From Eledone cirrhosa (lineage: Eukaryota), in the NCBI GenBank assembly GCA_964016885.1, contig OZ024741.1, positions 14,818,001 through 14,882,000 of the forward strand: 64,000 nt of DNA, given 5' to 3'. Below are positions 53,995 through 64,000 of the stretch, piece by piece. Each line of letters starts with the position of its first letter. Within the stretch, counting starts at the first letter, position 1. The position numbers and the translations under genes are program-made. The notes beneath the pieces are model-generated. The model worked only from the letters and a program-made list of their open reading frames with translations, did not search any database and was not told the origin of the DNA.

Positions 53995-55607
53995 GGGAGG
54001 GTGATGGTGGTATCTTGTTCAGTGTATTTTCAAAGAATTTAATTTGTTGAATACATACAATATGTAAATAAAACAGTTGACTTCTCCCCCCTCTCTCTCT
54101 CTCTCTCACCCCCTCTCTCTCTCTGCCCCTCTCTCTCCCTCCCTCTATCTATCTCTCCTGTCAGGGTCTAGTGAACACAGTGGCAATTACATTGTTATAG
54201 ATCTACTATTGCATATATTTTACATATAGCCTATATATACTGTCTGTTGCACTACACATAGAGTCGTTGTAGTGGATGTTGATGATGATGATGACGATGT
54301 TCTCGTTGTTGTTGTTGATGAAGATGGTGCTGATGCTGTTGTTGTATTGGTGGTGGTAATGCTGGTAGTTGTGGTGATTTAATAGACCCAATTTCAGACC
54401 TGATCGACTAAATTTAATGGTCAAAGATGTGCCAACAGTGACCTTAACGTCTTTTCGTATGTCTGGAAATGCTTAGATTAATGTGACAGTCGTTCTGTTA
54501 GATTGGAGGAAGATTTTACTCCAAGATAAGGAACTCCGTTGGCTCAATATCGAAATTTAGCTGAATAGACCCTGAAAGATTACTGGTATATATATATATG
54601 TCTTAATATGCTGATATAACTTGGTAAACACATACCATTTCTCACACTCTATTGGTTTAAATCAACAGGAGAAGGCATGCCAGGAAAACATTTAATTACA
54701 TATATCTATGTTCCTGTCCAGACCTAATACAAATGCTGATTAGGAACCAAAACGGGTTAAATCAATGACAAAATGCCATAAACAGACAGACACCATATCA
54801 TGTTGGTCGTTGATGGGTCCAACGATCATCTGTGTCCCAAGACCGTCTCTTTACTTCGTTAAATCACAATGAGAGTATCGTGCCTGATAAAGGATATCAT
54901 GATATGGAATAACATCAGACAGGAGATATATCTGACTGTTTTCCTTGGCAATGTTTGTTACTAACTTGTCCATGGAGCCTAAGATATCCTGTACAACTAA
55001 GGGCCAGAATCTGTATTTTATATTGTGTTTCTATTTTATTTTAAACTATTCTTCTGTTTTGTTTTTTATGACTAGGGGTGAGTTCAATGTATATTTGAAA
55101 ACAAAACAAAACTTAATAACTCGTCTTTCGGGCAGCTATGAAACAATCGCATTATCCTATCAAAATCTAAAGTTCTAGTTTCTATGGTGATGACATATTG
55201 ACATTTGAACTAACCCCTCCCAAAAACACATTTCACAAGAAACAAAGTCCTTCATGTACAGGTAATACATGATAATGATGATAATGATGATGATGGTTGT
55301 AGTGAATGTGATAATCATGATGAGGCTTATGATGATGACGAAGGTGATGATGATGATGATTATGAGGAGGAGGAGGAGGACGGTGATGAGGATGATGATG
55401 ATGATGATGAATATAACGACAATGATAAGGTAACTGGAAGTTATGGTAATGTATGCCTTAAACAGCCACAGTCCATCTCAACGCCTGAAGACCTCGCACT
55501 TGTGTTTTTCGTTTGTCATTTTATTTAGAAAAAAAATTTAAGGTTTCTCTTTTTTTAGTTCGGGTTCCTTTTCTTTTGTTGTCTTCCCTTTGTTAATTAT
55601 CCTAATT

Positions 55608-55654
<47 letters not shown>

Positions 55655-55659
<5 letters not shown>

Positions 55660-55985
55660 ATATTTAGAAACACACAGATACATGCGGACACACACATATA
55701 CATGAATGCTTCCACATCCAACCGTGAGTTAATGGTGCCAACCTCACCGATGTTGCTCAATGAATGACTGGGACAGACCAATCCGGTTGAATTAGACTGA
55801 ACCAGTATCAGAGTTAAAAATACATTATGAAGAGACGGTTGGATGTGGATGCATTCATGTATATATGTGTGTGTCCGCATGTATCTGTGTGTTTCTAAAT
55901 ATATTGTTCATAACTCCCTCTGGTCGAGTAATCTTTGAAGTGTGGTGACTGCTGGAAAGCTGCCATTACTCATACTTCTCTCCTC
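55655..55985 (+). mobile_element. Family 6 fold-back element (about 70-bp arms, 110-bp spacer, tail)
   Basis: 55656-55724 is inverted relative to 55835-55907; tail tcata actc cctctg gtcgagta. Confidence 0.7.
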
Positions 55986-56169
55986 CCTCACCACCTCTTC
56001 TACGGCTTCGATATAAATACCCCCTCCGCCTCCGTGGTATTTTCTTCGGGGTTATAAGAGGCTTAGCTCTGTTTCTCGACCGTTATATCGCGTGACTATC
56101 TCCCCCTCCGCCTTTTGGGATTCTTTCTCACGTCATGTAGACGCGTTCTTGAAGCTAGAAAACGAGGTA

Positions 56170-56259
56170 TCCTCTTGATAAGTCGGCAGACCTCGCAAGG
56201 GCTGTATATCTTTATGATGTATTGTTTTTGTTTATGCCACGAAACTACGTAGTCGAGGA
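56170..56259 (+). ncRNA. Decayed hammerhead motif
   Basis: tcctc/gagga stem I and GAAA ct-acgt-ag TC are intact, but the core reads TTGATAA instead of CTGATGA. Confidence 0.45.
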
Positions 56260-56354
56260 ATCTAGGAGCAGTTTAGGTATGATACATTTTATTACTAATT
56301 ATATCTAAATGTTTCTTCTCTCTTCATAATGTATATATATATATATATATATAT

Positions 56355-57088
<734 letters not shown>

Positions 57089-57092
<4 letters not shown>

Positions 57093-57266
57093 AAAATGTT
57101 TAACCTCGACGGCAGAGCTCAAGCCGTTTCGACGAAATAGCCGTCGAAACGGCTTGAGCTCTGCCGTCAGGGTTAAACATTTTCCTATTACCACTCTACT
57201 ACCCTAAGTATTGAGTACTCTGGTGCGTTATGGTACGTCTGGTTTCTTCCCACACTTCCTTCGTTA
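57089..57266 (+). mobile_element. Family 1 fold-back element
   Basis: Both arms share private variants (ggaaaatgtttaacct / aggttaaacattttcc-like). Confidence 0.85.
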
Positions 57267-57913
57267 TATATATATATATATCTCTCTATATATATATTTT
57301 AGTATATGTTGGTTGTTTACCGACACCTCAATATGCAGATTCCAGTTGAACAACATGTGTACTTGTCTTTTCCTCACCAATTCGGACTGCCTGAAGAGAT
57401 CACAGCCAATAATAGCTGTCACAATATAGCAGAGAATTTATAATTTATAACAAACGAAGTCAAATTTTACATGTTTGACTTACTTATTTTATATAAATAT
57501 ATATATTTATAAATATAATTCAGCGAAAATCGTATTTCGGCTGGTAGAAAAAGCGAAACGAAACGCAAAATCGTAGAAATGCTAGCAAGCGCTCCAATAG
57601 TTAAAAAAAACTAGAGCTAAACAATATGTTAAAATTCCATACAAACTGAAACAGTGGTTAAGAAGGCATTAACCACCTAAGCCAAAAAACAAATCAAGCT
57701 AAACAGGTTAAACAAAATAAATGATAAAAACCTGGACCCAAATGGAATTGGTGGTAAAATCCAAATGCAGGGTTTCTATGACACCTAAATCAATAATACT
57801 GTCTGCTTTCAGCATAAAGATCGAACAAGGAATATCACGTTGTCAACAGGTAATTCTGCTCTGTAACCAACTTTGTGAGTGAGGCAGACCTTAGTAAACG
57901 CACATGCGTAAGT

Positions 57914-57945
<32 letters not shown>

Positions 57946-57946
57946 A

Positions 57947-58005
<59 letters not shown>

Positions 58006-58008
<3 letters not shown>

Positions 58009-58198
58009 CAGTAAGTAAGACCCCGACGGCTGAGCTCAAGCCGTTTCGACGGCTAATTCCGTACAGAATTAGCCGTCGAAACGGCTTGAGCTCAGCCGTC
58101 GGGGTCTTACTTACTCCTATTTCCCACTCTACTACCCTAAGTATTGAGTACTTTAGTGCGTTATGGTCCACCTGGTTCCTTACCACTTTTCCCTCGCT
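58006..58198 (+). mobile_element. Family 1 fold-back element (gctaatt subfamily)
   Basis: Palindrome centred near 58062, plus tail. Confidence 0.85.
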
Positions 58199-58238
58199 AT
58201 ATATATATATATATATATACTGTATATATATATATATA

Positions 58239-58338
<100 letters not shown>

Positions 58339-58375
58339 TGTATATATATATATATACTGTATATATATATATATA

Positions 58376-58429
<54 letters not shown>

Positions 58430-58768
58430 GTAGCAAAATGTGGTAAAGCTCGTCATAATGAAGATGTTAAAAAGCTGTTAGTGTATTTCTATGTTTGTGA
58501 TCTCCTATCATCCATTCTATTTCTTCCTTCCCATCAATTCTACGAGTCAACTCACTTTGAGCCGCTGATTTCTATCCTTTAAGGTAATGTTGTATCCAAA
58601 GTCATTTCGACGCCATTTTGCTGTTTAACAGCCTCCTTACGCTGGGTTTTAACTCGAGATTTGAGTTAATTTTGTTCAACCGTTAACCTAATATATTCCG
58701 TCCATACGCTGTACCGATTGTGTTGTTATTTCTGTTTACCTTTTACTTACATACATACACCCCCCCCC

Positions 58769-58817
<49 letters not shown>

Positions 58818-58827
58818 ATATGTATGC

Positions 58828-58908
<81 letters not shown>

Positions 58909-59009
58909 TATATGTAGAGAGAGATAGAGATAGATAGATAGATCCTGAGTGATATTTGGGTAAGCACGGTAAATAAAGTACTCAATACATTAGTAGAATG
59001 AAAACGATA

Positions 59010-59765
59010 TATATATATATATACACTCACACACACACACATATAAATATATCGAGGGGTGGGGTGTTTATATATAGATAAGTAGACATGTATGTAGAAT
59101 TATACGTATGAAGGTATGTAGTTAGGCATGTATATATATATATATATATAAAATTAGAATTGATGCTCTGAAATAGCAATATATATATAAATGTATATAT
59201 AGTGTATTTTGCAATACACTGTATGCTTAATTAAAAGCATTTCGGAGACCTTACGCTATTGTTTTAGAGTAGTGACAGTCTCACTTACTTCAATTTTCAG
59301 CAAACAGGGGAGATAAAGCTGACAGGGTTCTGTTTTGCACTTTTTGGTGCTTATCAAAGCTAACTACTCCGCCTCTTTGCTGAAAATTATTAATGTTTGA
59401 TTCTTATAGAATTCCAGTAATAATCAGGAACTGATTATACAGAGCGGTTGCCGGTCAAGCAGAAATTGAAAATTAGAATTGTTGCTCTGAAATAGCGATA
59501 TATAAATGAATGTATATATAGTTTATTTTGCAATACACTGTATGCTTAATTAAAAGCATTTCGAAGGCCATACGCTATTGTTTTAGAGTAGTGACAGTAT
59601 CACTTACTTCAATTTTCATAATTTTCATAATTCATAATTTTCAACATTCATAATTTTCAGCAAACAGGCGGAGTAGCTAGCTTTGATAAGCACCAAAAAG
59701 TGGTCAGCTTTATCTCCCCTGTTTGCTGAAAATTGAAGTAAATATAGTTTCCATTTATTAATATC

Positions 59766-59827
<62 letters not shown>

Positions 59828-60709
59828 AATGAAGTAATTCCGTCGGAAAAGTCCAGGAAAAAAGAGTGTTCTATGTAGGTAACAGAGCTTAATAGTTATG
59901 TAATAAACAACATAAGGCAATTATTCCATTTACCAGTGGTTTCTGAAAAGCAAAAAATGTTGCTTTTAATCATCAGAATGAAAAAATCCTGGTGTATTTA
60001 TTGATATTGGATTCTAAAAAATTTTTTTGCTTTTAAGAAACCACTGGTAAATGGAATAATTGCCTTATGTTGTTTATTACATAACTATATATATATATAT
60101 TTTTATTTATATTCAATGATATTAATAAATGGAAACTATATTTACTTCAATTTTCAGCAAACAGGGGAGATAAAGCTGACCACTTTTTGGTGCTTATCAA
60201 AGCTAACTACTCCGCCTGTTTGCTGAAAATTATGAATGTTGAAAATTATGAATTATGAAAATTATGAAAATTGAAGTAAGTGATACTGTCACTACTCTAA
60301 AACAATAGCGTATGGCCTTCGAAATGCTTTTAATTAAGCATACAGTGTATTGCAAAATAAACTATATATACATTCATTTATATATCGCTATTTCAGAGCA
60401 ACAATTCTAATTTTCAATTTCTGCTTGACCGGCAACCGCTCTGTATAATCAGTTCCTGATTATTACTGGAATTCTATCATTTTCAGCAAAGAGGCGGAGT
60501 AGTTAGCTTTGATAAGCCCCAAAAAGTGCGAAACAGAACCCTGTCAGCTTTATCTCCCCTGTTTGCTGAAAATTGAAGTAAGTGAGACTGTCACTACTCT
60601 AAAACAATAGCGTAAGGTCTCCGAAATGCTTTTAATTAAGCATACAGTGTATTGCAAAATACACTATATATACATTTATATATATATCGCTATTTCAGAG
60701 CATCAATTC

Positions 60710-60796
<87 letters not shown>

Positions 60797-60893
60797 GCCT
60801 AACTATATACCTTCATACGTACAATTCTACATTCATGTCTACATATCTATATATAAACACCCCACCCCTCGATATATTTATATGTGTGTGTGA

Positions 60894-60930
<37 letters not shown>
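59010..60930. repeat. Large nested inverted repeat (outer arms about 59010-59770 and 60113-60930) around a central hammerhead fold-back element (about 59826-60088)
   Basis: tcgaggggtggggtgtttata / tataaacaccccacccctcga and the intervening sequence match in inverted orientation; each arm contains a roughly 320-bp duplication. Confidence 0.9.
59925..59982 (-). ncRNA. Type I hammerhead ribozyme motif
   Basis: ttcatt CTGATGA ttaaaagcaa catttt ttgcttttca GAAA cc act gg TA aatgga. Confidence 0.78.
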
Positions 60931-60957
<27 letters not shown>

Positions 60958-61119
60958 GGCATTCGTCTGTTCAAGCCCTGAGCGTCTGTGTGTCAGGCTG
61001 TTCGGCCATTTTGTCTAGCTGTTGTCGGGGTTACCGTCCAATCTATCATAGATGACAACTATGTCAAAGTCTGAGTAATTCATACACCACTCTCCTCCAT
61101 CACATGTAGTATCATCTGA

Positions 61120-61732
61120 CATTGGTGGTGGGGTGGTGGTGGTGGTGGTGAGGTGGTGGTGGAGGTGGTGGTGGTATGTTGGTGTTTATGATGTTTATGA
61201 TGGTGGTGATGGTGGTGGTGGGGTGGTTGTGCTGGTATGATGGTATGTTGGTGTTTATGATGTTGATGATGGTGGTGATGGTGGTGGTGGTGGTGGTGGT
61301 GGTATGTCGGTGTTTATGATGTTGATGATGGTGGTGATGGTGGTGGTGGTGTGGTGGTGGTAGTATGATGGTATGTTGGTGTTTATGATGTTGATGATGG
61401 TGATGGTGGTGGTGTGGTGGTATGATGGTATGTTGGTGTTTATGATGTTGATGATGGTGGTGATGGTGGTGGTGGGGTGGTTGTGCTGGTATGATGGTAT
61501 GTTGGTGTTTATGATGTTGATGATGGTGGTGATGGTGGTGGTGGTGGTGGTGTGGTGGTGGTGGTGGTATGTTGGTGTTTATGATGTTGATGATGGTGGT
61601 GATGGTGGTGGTGGGGTGGAGGTGCTGGTATGATGGTATGTTGGTGTTTATGATGTTGATGGTGGTGGTGGTGGTGGTGTGGTGGTGGTGGTGGTATATT
61701 TGGTGTTTATGATGTTGATGATGGTGGTGATG
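61120..61732. repeat. GGT/GAT compound minisatellite (ggtatgttggtgtttatgatgttgatgatggtgg unit)
   Basis: Direct reading. Confidence 0.85.
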
Positions 61733-62045
61733 AAAAAAGGTGTCGACGACCATGATGACAACGATGATGATGGTGAGGATGATGGTGGTTATGATGATGA
61801 TGATGATGAAGATGAGCAGGAGGAGGAGGAGGGGGAGGAGGAGAGGATGATGATGATGATGATGACGATGATGATAAGGAGGACGGGGAAGATGGTGGTG
61901 AAGAAAGGGATGATAATGATGAGGAATCTGATGATATTGATTATGTAATGATTCGTTGTGTATTAAACATAATTCAGTTCTGATCCAGACGACCTATGAT
62001 CGAGGGCTTTCCTGCCGTGACACTCCCCACCTTTCTTCATGTCTA

Positions 62046-62108
<63 letters not shown>

Positions 62109-62196
62109 TATATACACATATATATATATGCGTGTGTGTATATATATATATATAAATATACATACATACGTGTATATACATATATATAAATACATG

Positions 62197-62233
<37 letters not shown>

Positions 62234-62238
<5 letters not shown>

Positions 62239-62436
62239 AAAAAGTATGACCCCGACGGCAAATCTCAAGCCGTTTCGACGGCTATTTCTGGACTATTTCA
62301 GTCCAGAAATAGCCGTCGAAACGGCTTGAGCTCTGCCGTCGGGGTCATAATTTTTCCTATTTCCGACTCTACTACCCTAAGTATTGAGTACTCTGGTGCG
62401 TTATGGTAAATCTGGTTCCTTACCACAATTCCTTTG

Positions 62437-62439
<3 letters not shown>
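62234..62439 (+). mobile_element. Family 1 fold-back element, best-preserved copy
   Basis: Arms about 62234-62294 and 62300-62359, tail 62360-62439, (TA)n on both sides. Confidence 0.9.
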
Positions 62440-62500
<61 letters not shown>

Positions 62501-62521
62501 TCACACACACACACACACACA

Positions 62522-62597
<76 letters not shown>

Positions 62598-62891
62598 GAC
62601 ATATATATTGATGCTGTTGCTTTCGTTGTTGTTGTTGCTGTCGTTGCTGTTGTTGTTGTTATATTTGTGTCAAATATCCAACAGCAATATAAACATTATA
62701 CCAGCAGTGAGAAATGGATATAAAATTACTAAGACGTGTCAAGGGTCACTTTTGACGAAATGTTATTTTCTTCAGCAAATATATACGCACAAAATATATA
62801 TGATTATATACCAATAGTGTAAACAATGACATACACATATACACGTACAGGCATACATATATACATGCATGCACACATACCAACATATGTA

Positions 62892-62956
<65 letters not shown>

Positions 62957-63002
62957 ATACATACATATGTATATATATATGTGTATATGTGTGTCTATGT
63001 AC

Positions 63003-63067
<65 letters not shown>

Positions 63068-63070
<3 letters not shown>

Positions 63071-63273
63071 CAAAGGAATTGTGGTAAGGAACCAGATGGA
63101 CCGTATCGCACCAGAGTACTCAATACTTAGGGTAGTAGAATGGGAAATAGGGTAAAGTATGACCCCGACGGCAGAGCTCAAGCCGTTTCGATGGCTATTT
63201 CTGGACTGAAATAGTCCAGAAATAGCCGTCGAAACGGCTTGAGCGCTGTCGTCGGGGTCATACTTTTTCCTAT
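63068..63273 (-). mobile_element. Family 1 fold-back element
   Basis: Tail plus palindrome centred near 63210. Confidence 0.9.
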
Positions 63274-63447
63274 ATATATATATACAAAGATAAATGTATC
63301 TACAACACAGCAGGTTTGTTGTTTGTTATCATAATACTAAAAGATAGATCAGAAATACGTGCCTACACACACACAGATGCACATATATATATAAACAAAC
63401 ACACACCCACACATAGACATACACACACGCACACAAAACACTCACAG

Positions 63448-63480
<33 letters not shown>

Positions 63481-63482
<2 letters not shown>

Positions 63483-63692
63483 ACGAAGGAAATGTGGTAA
63501 GGAACCAGGTGGACCATAACGCACCAAAGTACTCAATACTTGAGGTAGTAGAGTGGGTAATAGGAACCAGTAAGACCCCGACAGCTGAGCTCAAGCCGTT
63601 TCGACGGCTAATTCTGAATTAGCCGTCGACGGCTAATTCTGAATTAGCCGTCGAAACGGCTTGAGCTCAGCTGTCGGGGTCTTACTGGTTCC

Positions 63693-63694
<2 letters not shown>
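63481..63694 (-). mobile_element. Family 1 fold-back element with a doubled central hairpin
   Basis: Centre reads gacggctaattctgaattagccgtc twice in tandem. Confidence 0.9.
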
Positions 63695-63723
<29 letters not shown>

Positions 63724-63913
63724 AGATATATAAATATACATGCATTCTTACATACAGACAAACAACCGAATACACAGACAAAGGAACATGAATGTATATA
63801 TTTGCATATATACGCATATGTAGGTTTATGAATTTATATATATATATATATACAGTATATATATATATATATATATATACAGACCTCCCCACACACACAC
63901 ACACCCTACACAC

Positions 63914-63961
<48 letters not shown>

Positions 63962-64000
63962 CCATACATACACATATATATATATATATATATATTTATA

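Noticed and set aside
62234-62439. Family 1 as a MITE with TA target duplications
   Set aside because: The ends are asymmetric (one-sided tail), palindrome centres vary, and tail-only 5'-truncated copies exist; this fits retrotransposition better.

Overview
Eukaryotic, animal-type genomic DNA that is very rich in microsatellites ((TA)n, (CA)n, (TC)n, (GATA)n, (GGT)n). The repeat landscape resembles a coleoid cephalopod (octopus) genome; this is inference only. The only recognisable host coding sequence is one 179-bp exon of an Nkx6 homeobox gene (38397-38575, minus strand). No other Nkx6 exon was seen, so most of the window is probably intron. Transposon-derived coding remnants are two tandem 5'-truncated Tx1/L1-type LINEs inside one (GATA)n tract, two pieces of a Penelope-like (GIY-YIG) element, a CRE-like restriction-endonuclease fragment, and two copies of a bipartite RTE-derived element. 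There are also tRNA-type SINEs, a MITE, several minisatellites, and a 200-N gap with about 1 kb duplicated across it. The most striking signal is a set of at least six sequence-unrelated short element families inserted in (TA)n. They share one design: a minimal type-I hammerhead ribozyme (or its 3' half), a fold-back palindrome, and a single unpaired 3' tail that starts 4-8 nt before a conserved ACTC...RTYGAGTR stem. All RNA folds and alignments were done by eye and element boundaries are approximate.
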